A DNA stretch of 64,000 nt from a bacterium (GCA_030697645.1 JAUYPI010000004.1:1141-65140), one strand, 5' to 3'. Shown: positions 10,162 to 20,107, counted from the stretch's first letter. Numbers and translations are program-made. Notes: generated by a model from the letters alone, not told the origin.

Positions 10162-10954
10162 GATAAACACTTTGGCTAATAATGTGCCTTTTTGGACCCC
10201 GGCCTTGAGTTGCGTTGAGGCGGGGAGGCTTTCTAAAACAATATCGATGAGTATACCGGAATGTTCGTTGAGGCGCAAACATAAGCGCTACGACATTTGA
10301 CCTGTAACATTTGACCATTGACCGTCAATAAGAATGTCCGTGCCCCCATTTCGTATTTGAAATGGTCGTGAAAAAAGAAATCCTGCCGTTCGGCTTATGT
10401 GCCTACTTGGCAGGATGCGAGGATGAGGATTACCCTCCGTAACGTCCGCGTCCGCTATACAAAAAATTTAATCAAACGCCTAATATATAGCGAAAATATA
10501 GCCAATAATGGGAAGTATATAAAAAGCAGCGCCGGTACCGGGTCTGACCATGGTCGGCGACTGATCTCTTCCCAGAAATTTGGCGAGTTCGGACACGTAA
10601 GCTTAAGCACCTCAGGCAGGATCGCATTAATCGGGTCTAACCATGTACACATAGTAACCTCCTCAAGAACCTATCTCACCTTGCTTTACTGTTCTTACGT
10701 TTATATACTACATAGTGAGATTAAAATCAAAGTAGATACATGTAGTGCGTCGAGTATGAAGAAAGTATTTTTTATCGCTTTCCTCGGCAGCCGCTCTCGT
10801 GTAGCCGCCGAAGCCTAAGCAATGTACGCGGGTCTTGCCGAGTATTTTACCTCGCAGAGCGGCGGAGGGGGATGCTCACCCGGGGCCGAGAAGCAAGGGA
10901 AGTGTTGAGCTTTGGGCGCGCTCCACACATAGCGCGCGGAGCGTAGGAGAGACC

Positions 10955-12571
10955 TCACTTTTTTTGTGGCATATACTGGCGCACTTGCTCGTATAGCGTC
11001 TGAACTCCTGTGTCCTGCGGTATCCGCTCGCGCAGAGCCGCAACGATTTTTAGTGCGCCGGCCGTGTCACCATGCGAGAGCAGCAGCGCTGCCAGGTTGC
11101 GGTACGCGTAATGAAACAACGGGTCCACGGAAATGGCCTGTCTGTATAGGCCAGCCGCTTCTTGGTCGCGCCCGCGATCGCGAATGAGATTTCCCAGGTT
11201 GTGGTATGGTGCCGGTTGAGACGGATCGGCTTCCATTGCCCGTCGTAGATAGTATTCGGTTGCTTTTTCGTCGCCGCGCGCGGCGTAGATGTTGGCGAGG
11301 TTATTCAGTACGCGGGCATTGTCAGGTACGTATGAGATGATCTGAAGATAGAACTGCTCAGGGCTCCCCCAGAGGATCGTGCGCCTCACGGTTTGCACAT
11401 TAAAGAATCCGACGTAGGCCACGCCGAGCGCACACACAAGGTACGCGAGGGCGCGCCTGCGGACGTATAGCCAGTCATAGAGACGGATGCCGTACACGGC
11501 GACGATCGCAGCGAAACCGAGGAGTGACAGGTAGAGCCAGTGTTCGTATATGAGCGCATTGATGGGCGCGATGATGCCAGACGATGGCACGAGAGGCAGA
11601 AGGAACATCGCCGCCCCGAAGAACCACAGCCGCCTGCCACGGAGCGAGTCCCGCCAGATCAACGCGGCGAGTGAGAGGAGCAGCGCCGAGCCGCCTGCCA
11701 CCGACCAGTACCACGGCGTAGTCAGCACCGGGATAGTTCGTTCCATGTGCAGATCAAGCGGGACGATTGTTAATCGTAGATAGGTCCAGAGCGCCTGGAG
11801 GAACGTCCACGTGCGAACCGTTATATGCTCGGTGTATACGTTGGCGTACTGATACCAATTGAGCGTGTTTTGGAAATCGAGGATGGTGAGCCGCAGGAGC
11901 GTGTAGGTCGCGGCAATGGCGACGAACGGCCACGTCGCCTTAAGTGCTTTCCCGAAAGCTCGCGAGAGAGGTTCAGCCCGGTACAGAGAGGCTAGCAACA
12001 CGACGACCATATAGCCCGGCAATAACACCGCTGTCTCGCGCGAGAGCGTGGCGAGCACGGCACAGGGCAGTGCCCAGTAGCGAAAACGATCGGTACGCAG
12101 CCACAGGAGAATGGCAGACAGCATAAAGAAAACCGAGAGCGGGTCGCCTCTGCCAGCAATGTAGGCGATGGCCTCGGTTTGGAGTGGGTGCACGAGCCAC
12201 AGGAGAGCGGCGAGGGCGGCTTGCCGTCTGTTTTTCAAGAGGGCGTCGAGTAGCAGGAAGATCAGGACGGCATTGGCGATGTGCAGGCCGTTTGAGACAA
12301 GGTGGTACCCCCAGGGTGTTCGGCCGCCGAGCGCCCAGTTGATCGCAAAGGAGAGCATGAGCACCGGACGGTAGTAGTTCGACCGTGCGCCGACTCCAGC
12401 AAGCACATCGTGGCTGAATAGGAACTTCGCATGAGACCAGGAAAGTTCATGTACGGCCGGATTGTTCACGATCCAGTCGTCATCATCCCAGAATAGCGGG
12501 TTGTTCATGGTGGGCGCGTACAGTGCTGTCCCAACGAGGATGAGAATGAGGATGATGTGCCAGCGCTGCAT
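10955..12571 (-). CDS. PMT/TMTC-like membrane glycosyltransferase (GT39-like) with C-terminal TPR repeats
   Basis: Multi-TM N-terminal domain with DDDDW loop motif and YYRPV, followed by TPR-like repeats (LANIYAARGD..., YHNLGNLIRDRGRDQEA...); start at MQRWHII. Confidence 0.6.
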   Translation of the reverse strand: MQRWHIILILILVGTALYAPTMNNPLFWDDDDWIVNNPAVHELSWSHAKFLFSHDVLAGVGARSNYYRPVLMLSFAINWALGGRTPWGYHLVSNGLHIANAVLIFLLLDALLKNRRQAALAALLWLVHPLQTEAIAYIAGRGDPLSVFFMLSAILLWLRTDRFRYWALPCAVLATLSRETAVLLPGYMVVVLLASLYRAEPLSRAFGKALKATWPFVAIAATYTLLRLTILDFQNTLNWYQYANVYTEHITVRTWTFLQALWTYLRLTIVPLDLHMERTIPVLTTPWYWSVAGGSALLLSLAALIWRDSLRGRRLWFFGAAMFLLPLVPSSGIIAPINALIYEHWLYLSLLGFAAIVAVYGIRLYDWLYVRRRALAYLVCALGVAYVGFFNVQTVRRTILWGSPEQFYLQIISYVPDNARVLNNLANIYAARGDEKATEYYLRRAMEADPSQPAPYHNLGNLIRDRGRDQEAAGLYRQAISVDPLFHYAYRNLAALLLSHGDTAGALKIVAALRERIPQDTGVQTLYEQVRQYMPQKK

Positions 12572-12703
12572 ATTGATACCAGTGTACGTTCTCCTACGCC
12601 GCAAGAAAACTCCCCCTCGTAGCGTAGGAGTTTTCTTGCGGGTAGTTTGCAAATATGGCCTTCCGCGCTCCCGTTTCGCGTTTGCGCGTGATAGTATTAT
12701 TGC

Positions 12704-13099
12704 ATGAGCGAATTGCTTCTTGTGCTCCCTTCATATCTTACCTGGCACTATTCGCGCTCTCCTCGGGAGTATGCTTACCTGTGGGCGCGGATGCTCTGGT
12801 TTGTCGTGCATGTATTCTCGATGCCGTTTCTTCTCGCGACGCTCTTTTCGCCGTGGCGGCGGCTCGATGAAAAGTATCCGCGACAGCTCGATCTTGGCGC
12901 GTGGGGCGAAGTGCTGGTCGTGAATCTTCTCATGCGCCTCGTCGGCTTTGTGGTGCGTATGGCCGTCTTTACGTTCGGCGTGCTCGCGCTCGTTTTTGTT
13001 TTGCTCGGCGGCGCCGTCGGTTTTATCGTCTGGCTCGCTGCGCCAGCCTTGGTGCCGGTGTTTGCTGTTATCGGGACATGGATGCTTGTTGTGGGATAA
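12704..13099 (+). CDS. hypothetical membrane protein
   Basis: 131 aa, 3-4 predicted TM helices; no family recognised. Confidence 0.4.
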   Translation: MSELLLVLPSYLTWHYSRSPREYAYLWARMLWFVVHVFSMPFLLATLFSPWRRLDEKYPRQLDLGAWGEVLVVNLLMRLVGFVVRMAVFTFGVLALVFVLLGGAVGFIVWLAAPALVPVFAVIGTWMLVVG

Positions 13100-13147
13100 T
13101 CCATTAGAGTTCGACATCCTGAAGCTTTCCATCATCTGCGTGCGACG

Positions 13148-13215
13148 AATTTCCAATTTCCAAGCAAGTTCCAATTTCCAAATTTTCAAATCTAAAACAC
13201 GACAGACCGCGGCGT
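13148..13215. repeat. partial modular palindromic element (ttccaatttccaa arrays + aaaacacgac core)
   Basis: Half-element of the 7-mer-array family immediately upstream of the Clp-like gene. Confidence 0.45.
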
Positions 13216-13241
13216 TACTTTTTAATCCGCGTTCGACTTTC

Positions 13242-15818
13242 ATGCTCCCTACACATCTCGCCCTCGCCATTCGTTCTTTAGTCCCGGTGCTCCGCACTGA
13301 GCGTGTGATTTCGCACGCGCGGCGAAGAGCAGTACGTCATTTTTCTGTTGCGATTTTTTGCGTTGCGCTGGTGCTTGTCGGTGTCGGAATCCTGCTCGCG
13401 ACACTTCGGGTGCGGTTTCCTTCCATGGTTCCTGCGCTTGGAGCACGTCAGGTGTTTTTTTTAGTTTATGCCGGAGCGCTGCCTCGTCTTATCGGCCTTG
13501 GCCTCATCGCGGCCGCGCTCTCGCTCACGCTTGTGATGCTCGAGGCGTTTTACTACTCCCATTATTTTCGCGCGCGCGGAGCACTCGGCGCTACAAGCGA
13601 CGCCAAGGGCGCAGGTGATGAGGTGACGGCAGAACCACGGATCACGTTCGAGGCCGCCGAGTCGCTTTATGATGTGTACGCGCGCGGAGAGCTCCTCGCG
13701 CGCTCGTTCCTCGCCTCGCGCCACGGCACCGAGGTATTAAGGCGCCTTGAGCTCGCGAGCGAAAATATCGCTGCGCTCGCCGCGGCGGCTGGCACGAAAG
13801 ACGCTGCTCTATCGTCTGAGAGCACGCCCGAGGAGGATACGAGCGCTGTGCCGCAAGAATTCACGCTGCGCTCCGTTGCCGAACAGTTTGTCTGGGCTGA
13901 CGAGGGCGTTCGCATCGGGCTCCTCTCGCACGAAATTACGAACGAGCTTTTTCTCGGCGCTGCGGCGTGGGTCGCGGAGCGCCGAGAGCGAGCGCACGAG
14001 CGGGAGCGGTGGTGGTCGCTTGAGCGGCTCAAGGCGGTGGGCGTTGTCGGTGACGTATGGTCTTATGGCGGCGCGTACCGTCTGCGCCGGTTTGCAAAGT
14101 CGATTTCGCACGCAGTAATTAGTGACCTCACGTCGTATGGCACGGCGGAAGCGCACGCGCTCGAGAGCGTCCTCTCAAGGACGAGTGAGGCGAATGCGCT
14201 TCTCGTCGGCGACGATACAATCGGGATCGATGTGATCCTCTCCCGCCTTGCTGCGCGTATCGCCTCAGGCGAGGTGGCGGAGGCGCTGCGGCATAGCGAA
14301 TTCTTTTCACTTGATCTTGCAGCGCTCCTTGCCGCGACGGGATCAAAGGCGGCCTTTGAAGGCGAGTGCGTGCGCGTTTTTGAGGATGCTGTCGCTGCAG
14401 GTAACATTACACTTGTCATCCCCTCGCTCCCACAGGCGCTCGTGAGCATGCAGAAGCTCGGTGTGGATTTTCTTGAGCTTATTGATCCGTATCTTCGCGG
14501 GAGCAGCATTCATGTCGTCGCGACCGCGCATCGCGGCGCGTTCCACAAAAGCATGGGAGCGGAGCAGCGTCTCGCCGAGCGTTTTGAGGAGGTTGAGATT
14601 GAGCCTGCGGACTCGAGCGTACTCGCGTCGCTCTTGCTTGCCCGCGCCGAGGAGCTTGAGCGGCGTCGTGGCGTCTTCTTCTCATTTCCGACGATTTTTG
14701 CCACTGCGGAGAGTGCGCGGCAGTATTTCCCCTATGGCTCGCCTCTCGACAACGCGTTTGACCTCCTCGATGAGCTTGCGGCACGCCCCGTTAGAAGCAT
14801 CGAGGGTGCTTCTAACGGGGCACGCGCGGCAGGCGAGCGCGAGAGCCGCCTCATCCGCCGCGCCGACCTCGACGCGCTCGTTAAAGAGAAGACCGGCATT
14901 CCTGTGGGCGAGATGGGAGCTCGCGAGCGGGAGCGGCTCCTCTCGCTCGAGAAGCTGCTCGGCCGCCGCGTTCTGGGACAGCCTGAGGCTCTGCGCGCCG
15001 TTGCCGAGGCTCTGCGTCGCGCACGAGCAGGGCTTACGAAGGGCGAGAAGCCCATGGGGTCATTCCTCTTCCTTGGCCCCACCGGAGTCGGGAAGACCGA
15101 GACATCGAAGGCGCTCGCGGCTGCACTCTTTGAAGACGAAAAGCGCCTCTCGCGCCTCGACATGTCCGAGTTTAATACCGCAGATGCGGTGGAACGTCTG
15201 ATCGGCTCACCCGACGGCGCAGAGTCAGGGGCCCTCGCGACGATCCTCCGCGATCAGCCCTATGGGGTGCTTCTCCTCGATGAGTTTGAGAAAATGCATC
15301 CGAACGCGCTCAATATTTTTCTCTCAGTGCTCGACGAGGGCTTTTTTACCGACGGCGCGGGGAGGAAGGTTTCGGCGCAAAACGTGATCATAATCGCGAC
15401 ATCGAACGCAGGGAGTGATTTTATTTTTGAGGCAGTCGAACGTGGAGAGGATCCATCCACACGCACGGATGAGCTCGTAAGTAAACTCATTGAGCAGAGG
15501 ATCTTCAAACCCGAACTTCTGAACCGCTTCGACGGCGTCATCGTCTTCCGCCCGCTCGGCCCCGAGGAGCTCCGCGGCATCGCGCGGATTCTTCTTGCGG
15601 GTCTCGCGCGCGAGCTTACCGAGAAAGGCGTGACTCTTGAGATCACAGAAGAAATCGTCGCGTTCCTCGCAGAGAAAGGTTTTGACCCTAAATTCGGTGC
15701 CCGCCCCATGCGCCGCGCGCTTCAAGAGCACATTGAGGAACCCATCGCCCGCAAGCTAATCGCCGGAGAGCTCCGTCCAGGCACCACGCTTCTTCTGACA
15801 CCGGAGACGCTCCGGTGA
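13242..15818 (+). CDS. membrane-anchored ClpC/ClpB-family AAA+ ATPase with degenerate first nucleotide-binding domain
   Basis: N-terminal ~100 aa hydrophobic (3 TM) instead of a Clp N-domain; D1 aligns to ClpB NBD1 (SGEVAEAL vs NGEVPEGL) but Walker A is GDDTIGID and Walker B is VIPSL; D2 intact (GPTGVGKTE, LLLDEFEKMHP, GARPMRRAL); no IGF/LGF ClpP loop seen. Confidence 0.75.
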   Translation: MLPTHLALAIRSLVPVLRTERVISHARRRAVRHFSVAIFCVALVLVGVGILLATLRVRFPSMVPALGARQVFFLVYAGALPRLIGLGLIAAALSLTLVMLEAFYYSHYFRARGALGATSDAKGAGDEVTAEPRITFEAAESLYDVYARGELLARSFLASRHGTEVLRRLELASENIAALAAAAGTKDAALSSESTPEEDTSAVPQEFTLRSVAEQFVWADEGVRIGLLSHEITNELFLGAAAWVAERRERAHERERWWSLERLKAVGVVGDVWSYGGAYRLRRFAKSISHAVISDLTSYGTAEAHALESVLSRTSEANALLVGDDTIGIDVILSRLAARIASGEVAEALRHSEFFSLDLAALLAATGSKAAFEGECVRVFEDAVAAGNITLVIPSLPQALVSMQKLGVDFLELIDPYLRGSSIHVVATAHRGAFHKSMGAEQRLAERFEEVEIEPADSSVLASLLLARAEELERRRGVFFSFPTIFATAESARQYFPYGSPLDNAFDLLDELAARPVRSIEGASNGARAAGERESRLIRRADLDALVKEKTGIPVGEMGARERERLLSLEKLLGRRVLGQPEALRAVAEALRRARAGLTKGEKPMGSFLFLGPTGVGKTETSKALAAALFEDEKRLSRLDMSEFNTADAVERLIGSPDGAESGALATILRDQPYGVLLLDEFEKMHPNALNIFLSVLDEGFFTDGAGRKVSAQNVIIIATSNAGSDFIFEAVERGEDPSTRTDELVSKLIEQRIFKPELLNRFDGVIVFRPLGPEELRGIARILLAGLARELTEKGVTLEITEEIVAFLAEKGFDPKFGARPMRRALQEHIEEPIARKLIAGELRPGTTLLLTPETLR

Positions 15819-15919
15819 CAGTAAATTTTGAAGCAACAGCTTTTTTTTAGCACGCATCCACCCCTCGCGGGGTGGGCGCTCACATTTTTTCAATGGCTTA
15901 TGACGCCTACAGCGAGAGA

Positions 15920-16342
15920 TTAGACTCTAAGCGGCTTATCGGAGAAATGCGTGCGGTGCTTTGAAGAGAAGTACGTCTCAAGTGTCTCCATAAACAAGTG
16001 TCTACCCAAGAGAGGCGGCACTTCATTGCGATCAATGAATCCAACAGGGACCGTCCTCTCGAAGTCGCCGAGCTGCGCATCTATCTTCGGCAAGAAGTAC
16101 ACTTTTTCAGTGCCGCCAATGCCCGACGTGTAGAAAATTTTACAGTCATGCTCAACGTTTACTCCCAGATGTTCCGCCATATACCGCGGGAGCAGCGTAT
16201 AGTCTGCTCCGGAATCTACGATCATCCACACCTCACGCCACAGATCGGCATTTCGTGCTCGAAAAAAGACCTGCGCAACAGGTCTCCATACGTCGCCGAG
16301 AACAGGCGAGTGCGATTTCTCAAACGGAAACTCTACAGTCAT
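15920..16342 (-). CDS. retropepsin-like aspartic protease domain protein
   Basis: 140 aa; hallmark VDSGAD (D-S/T-G-A) active-site motif plus downstream GIGG flap-like motif. Confidence 0.6.
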   Translation of the reverse strand: MTVEFPFEKSHSPVLGDVWRPVAQVFFRARNADLWREVWMIVDSGADYTLLPRYMAEHLGVNVEHDCKIFYTSGIGGTEKVYFLPKIDAQLGDFERTVPVGFIDRNEVPPLLGRHLFMETLETYFSSKHRTHFSDKPLRV

Positions 16343-16560
16343 AAGATGAGCGTGTCGGCATCGGGAATATACGTTACCGCTGCAGTTTCATGTGGATATT
16401 TTTTGTCAGCATCGCGCAGAATCTTTGCAGCACCGTCCCCCGTTTTCGCGGTCAGTATCTTGTTCGCCACGACGATAACGTGCTTGCCTCTGTAGCGCGG
16501 ACTACTCAAGACTTTGTGCATTATTCGGGCATGTGCGCTTTTTGTATTTTTTCTTCTCAT
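16339..16560 (-). CDS. hypothetical small protein (translationally coupled to the aspartic protease gene)
   Basis: 73-aa ORF overlapping the downstream gene by 4 nt (ATGA). Confidence 0.35.
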   Translation of the reverse strand: MRRKNTKSAHARIMHKVLSSPRYRGKHVIVVANKILTAKTGDGAAKILRDADKKYPHETAAVTYIPDADTLIL

Positions 16561-16773
16561 GCTCGCAGCGTATACTTCGTGGCATGCGAAGTCAACACAC
16601 CATAAACTGACTTCAAGGTTTTGAGGCGGAGCTGTGGATAACTTTGTTTGCCTTTTTTACGCGCGTGCCGTATCTTTACTTCAATTTGTGTATCGTATGG
16701 TCGATGAAAACACAACAAGAGTAGAGTGGAGGCGCAGTCGTCTCGACGAAGACGTAGTGCTCGCTGTTTTCTA

Positions 16774-16799
16774 AACCCCCTTTTCGGGGGTCTTTTTTT
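16774..16799 (+). terminator. orphan intrinsic terminator (aaaccccc ttttc gggggtcttttttt)
   Basis: Perfect GC stem followed by T7 on the + strand; no annotated + strand gene upstream. Confidence 0.45.
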
Positions 16800-16825
16800 A
16801 TCAACAATAAAGTTTCTATTACACC

Positions 16826-17662
16826 ATGATCAATAACTACATCGCGACGAAAGACATCGTTCTCTATAGCAGCGCGGTTAGGTCGCTGCGGCGCTTCTTT
16901 CTTAACAAAAATTTTGTTGAAGTGCACACACAGGATCGTTTGAGCATCCTTGCCGCGTGCGAGGATCCGACTACGGTCGCCACCTTTGAGTATGCAGGCG
17001 AGCGCTGGCCACTGCCGCAAACAGGCCAGATGTGGCTCGAGTATGAGCTTTTGAAAAACCCGGCGCTGCCAGGCGTTTTTTGTGTGAGTACGAGCTATCG
17101 AGCCGAGAAGAACCCCGTGCCGGGCAGGCACGAGATCATCTTCCCTATGTTTGAGTTTGAATCTCGAGGTGGTATTGACGATCTCCGAGAGCTTGAGGTT
17201 GAGCTCTGCGAGCACCTCGGGTTCGGCTTGCGAGAGAGCTTCGTTCATCAATCATACGAGGCCGCTACAGCGCACTACGGCACGGACGATATCACGAGCA
17301 GGGAAGAGCTTCGCATTGCGGACGATTTCGGGCCGGTGTTTTTCCTTGGGCAGTTTCCGGTCCGTACCTCGCCGTTCTGGAACATGCGTAAAGACGGCGA
17401 CTACGCCCGCAAGATAGACGTTATTCTTCACGGTATGGAGACGATAGGTTCGGCAGAGCGGAGTTCTGATTCAGCGGAGATGCGTGAGCAGTTTTACGCC
17501 ATAAGCGGCGGGCGGTACGCGGGGTTGCTTCATGAAAAATTCGGCCGCGAGCGCGTGGAGCGCGAATTTGATGGCTTTCTGTCATTTAATTTCTTCCCTC
17601 GCTTCGGCGGCGGCATCGGCATGACCCGGCTTATTCGTGCACTGAAGATGCAAGAGCGCTAA
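16826..17662 (+). CDS. class II aminoacyl-tRNA synthetase-like catalytic-core protein (AsnA/AsnRS-paralog type)
   Basis: 278 aa, no anticodon-binding domain; class II motifs FVEVHTQ (motif 1-like), SYRAE (motif 2-like), GGGIGMTRL (motif 3, cf. AsnA GGGIGQSRL). Confidence 0.5.
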   Translation: MINNYIATKDIVLYSSAVRSLRRFFLNKNFVEVHTQDRLSILAACEDPTTVATFEYAGERWPLPQTGQMWLEYELLKNPALPGVFCVSTSYRAEKNPVPGRHEIIFPMFEFESRGGIDDLRELEVELCEHLGFGLRESFVHQSYEAATAHYGTDDITSREELRIADDFGPVFFLGQFPVRTSPFWNMRKDGDYARKIDVILHGMETIGSAERSSDSAEMREQFYAISGGRYAGLLHEKFGRERVEREFDGFLSFNFFPRFGGGIGMTRLIRALKMQER

Positions 17663-17806
17663 AGAAAACATCCTCAGGCGCTTGAGCATGCACGATACTT
17701 TTGTTACCCTTATTTACACAAAGGTGGGCAAAAGCCAGACGGTTATGTTTGGCACAGAGGTCGGCCCTTTGCAACAATAATTAAAAATCAAAAAAATCGT
17801 GATCCT

Positions 17807-18136
17807 ATGACTATAAATTGGAAAATCTGGGCGCCGCTCGGTATCATCGTGTTGGTAGCGCTTGTCGCAATCGGCTTCTCGAAGTCCGAAGTGCCTCAAG
17901 CGCCCGTTACTGGAGAACCGCGGCAAGCGCCGGTTGTGAGAGAAGAAAGCCAAGCACAACCGGCTGCGATCGCACCAGCTACCGGCAATGTTGATGACGC
18001 GGTGAACGCAATCCTTGCGAGCATTTCCGACGATCAGTCCCTCTTTGCGGAGGCGGAAAAAGACGCCGCATTGATTGACGCTGATAGTCAAGCGATCAGT
18101 GATTTTGGTCAATCCTATAATGAAAAAGACATCTAA
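17807..18136 (+). CDS. hypothetical membrane-anchored protein
   Basis: 109 aa, single N-terminal TM helix, acidic C-terminus. Confidence 0.3.
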   Translation: MTINWKIWAPLGIIVLVALVAIGFSKSEVPQAPVTGEPRQAPVVREESQAQPAAIAPATGNVDDAVNAILASISDDQSLFAEAEKDAALIDADSQAISDFGQSYNEKDI

Positions 18137-18872
18137 GAAATTCTTTATTGGTGCTCTTGCAGCGGCAACGGTGATAAATCTTTTTTCGCCTATCCCGCTA
18201 TTTGCTCAAACAACTCCGACTGCTGCAGGATTTTGTACAAGAATTGCTGAAGTCGCTTCGCGGCTTGACCAACGAATCGCTGATCGGGAAGGACAAATTT
18301 CAGCACGGCGCCAAGAACGATCAGACAACCTTGCGAAGCGAAGGAGTGAGAGAGATGCGCGGATGTCGGAAAATCGCGCTCGGCGGGATGTAAACCGCGA
18401 GGAGCACTACGCTCAATTAGAAGCGCGAGCAACCACCGATGCGCAAAAGCAGGCGGTTGCGGCGTTTAAGAGTGCAGTTGAAGCGGCGATAAGCGCGCGC
18501 AAAACCGCCGTTGACGCGGCAATAAGTTCATTTAAGCAGGGTGTTGATTCAGCGATTGCATCGCGGAAATTAGGGATGGACGCGGCAATAAGCGCATTCA
18601 AGAGCGCACGAATTGTGGCCGCTGATAAGGCAAAAGCGGATTGTGCGGCTGGTGTTGCCCCCCGAACAGCACGCGAGACATTCCGAATGAGCATGCGGGC
18701 GGCACGGGATAAATTTAAGAGCGACGTACAGGCAACCGAGAAGTTAAGAGATTCTGTTGAATCGCTTCACGTCAGCCGAAGACAGGCGGTGGAGAAAGCG
18801 TTTGACGACTTCAAGGCGGCAATGGAAAAAGCGCGCACCGATCTAAAAGCTGCGCTTCAAACCGCCCCGTGA
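18120..18872 (+). CDS. secreted helical repeat protein
   Basis: Signal peptide (MKKTSKKFFIGALAAATVINLF); tandem ~22-aa repeats AVAAFKSAVEAAISARKTAVDAAISSFKQGVDSAIASRK. Confidence 0.45.
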   Translation: MKKTSKKFFIGALAAATVINLFSPIPLFAQTTPTAAGFCTRIAEVASRLDQRIADREGQISARRQERSDNLAKRRSERDARMSENRARRDVNREEHYAQLEARATTDAQKQAVAAFKSAVEAAISARKTAVDAAISSFKQGVDSAIASRKLGMDAAISAFKSARIVAADKAKADCAAGVAPRTARETFRMSMRAARDKFKSDVQATEKLRDSVESLHVSRRQAVEKAFDDFKAAMEKARTDLKAALQTAP

Positions 18873-18921
18873 GGTCTCTGGGTCTCATATGTAAGAGGTC
18901 TATTAGATCGAAAACGTACAA

Positions 18922-18951
18922 ATCATGACTCGGCGCAAGCCGAGTCATGAT
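18922..18951. terminator. bidirectional terminator hairpin between convergent genes
   Basis: atcatgactcgg cgcaag ccgagtcatgat, perfect 12-bp stem. Confidence 0.4.
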
Positions 18952-18972
18952 TGTATGTGTTACGCCGGGTAC

Positions 18973-19917
18973 TTACTCGTGCTCAATCCGGATTCGATCT
19001 GTCCTTGTCGTTTTTTGATGCACGAATCTGTCCACAGTTTGCTCTATGTTTGACCGTTCCACAACGGGGAGCCAAAGGATGTTTTGGTTTCGTTTGAACC
19101 AGGTTTTTTGGCGGCGGGCGTATTGCCAGATTTTTTGTTCGAGTATGCGCTCGAGTTCGTTGCGTGTGAGCATGCCACGTATGAATCGAGAGACATAGCG
19201 GTACTCGAGCCCGAATGAGTCGAGCCGCTGCCATGAGAGCTTGTCTTTCTCGTGCAAGCGCGCGACCTCGGCGATGAGGCCGCGCCGCAGGCGCACTTTG
19301 AGGCGCACGGCAATGCGCCCGCGAAGCTCATTGTCGGGGAGTGCGAGGCCGATATAGAGCACGTCGTACTTTTCGCGCGATTGAATCTTCGGGACGCTCC
19401 CGAGCGCGCGCGCGATCTCAATCGCGCGGATGAGGCGACGTTGATTGTGCGGCTCGATTGTTTTTGCGCGTCGGGGGTCGAGCCGCACGAGCTCCTCGAG
19501 GAGCTCGTGCGGCGAGCGTTTCCCGAGCTCTCGTCGCAGCGCCGGGTCCGCGGGTACGTCGGGGAGGAGTGTGTCTCCGAGAAGCGCATCAATGTAGAAC
19601 CCGGTGCCGCCGACGATAACAGGGAGCTTGCCGCGGCGGATGATACCCTGAATCGCGCGCTCCGCGTGCCGCGCGTACTGCGCCGCGCTCCACTGCCTCC
19701 TCGGCGAGGCGACGTCGAGCAGGTGGTGTGGGATGCCCCGCATCTCGCGCGCCGTTACCTTTCCCGTGCCAATATCGAGCCCGCGGTAAATCTGCCGTGA
19801 GTCCGCAGATACAACCTCGCCGCGAAAGAGCCGCGCGAGCTCGACCGCAAGCGCGCTCTTGCCCACCGCCGTCGGGCCGACAATGACCACAATTTTGTGC
19901 TTTTGCTTTGTAATCAT
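18973..19917 (-). CDS. miaA: tRNA dimethylallyltransferase
   Basis: P-loop VIVGPTAVGKS, SADSRQIYRGLDIGTGK, and HHLLD motifs; 314 aa. Confidence 0.85.
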   Translation of the reverse strand: MITKQKHKIVVIVGPTAVGKSALAVELARLFRGEVVSADSRQIYRGLDIGTGKVTAREMRGIPHHLLDVASPRRQWSAAQYARHAERAIQGIIRRGKLPVIVGGTGFYIDALLGDTLLPDVPADPALRRELGKRSPHELLEELVRLDPRRAKTIEPHNQRRLIRAIEIARALGSVPKIQSREKYDVLYIGLALPDNELRGRIAVRLKVRLRRGLIAEVARLHEKDKLSWQRLDSFGLEYRYVSRFIRGMLTRNELERILEQKIWQYARRQKTWFKRNQNILWLPVVERSNIEQTVDRFVHQKTTRTDRIRIEHE

Positions 19918-19943
19918 GGACGAGGTATAGTGTATAAAATCTT

Positions 19944-20103
19944 AAATTTCCAAATTCCAAAAAACAAGCTCCAAACAAATCACAATACTCAAAATCCAAT
20001 CTCCAAACACGACGTGCGTGTTTGAGATTTGGTGCATTGGAATTTGAAATTTGTTTGGAACTTGTTGGTTGGAAATTGGAGCTTATTTGGAACTTGGAAA
20101 TTC
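19944..20103. repeat. modular palindromic element (ttccaaa/tttggaa arrays around ccaaacacgacgtgcgtgtttgag)
   Basis: Large inverted structure ending 5 nt before the start codon of the next gene. Confidence 0.6.
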
Positions 20104-20107
20104 GATT

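Noticed and set aside
10330-10950. AT-rich interval with ORF 10399-10818 and possible structured RNA between the TMTC-like gene and rpsA
   Set aside because: The ORF translation is not protein-like. I looked for RNase P, SRP and tmRNA signatures (GGAAAGUCCGG, AGGAAGCAGC domain IV, tag-peptide/T-arm) on both strands and found none. It is most simply the rpsA promoter/leader region. A covariance-model scan would settle it.
12948-13241. First 98 codons of the 12948-15818 ORF
   Set aside because: They span the palindromic repeat and are Cys/Arg-rich nonsense. The ATG at 13242 begins the hydrophobic N-terminal domain.
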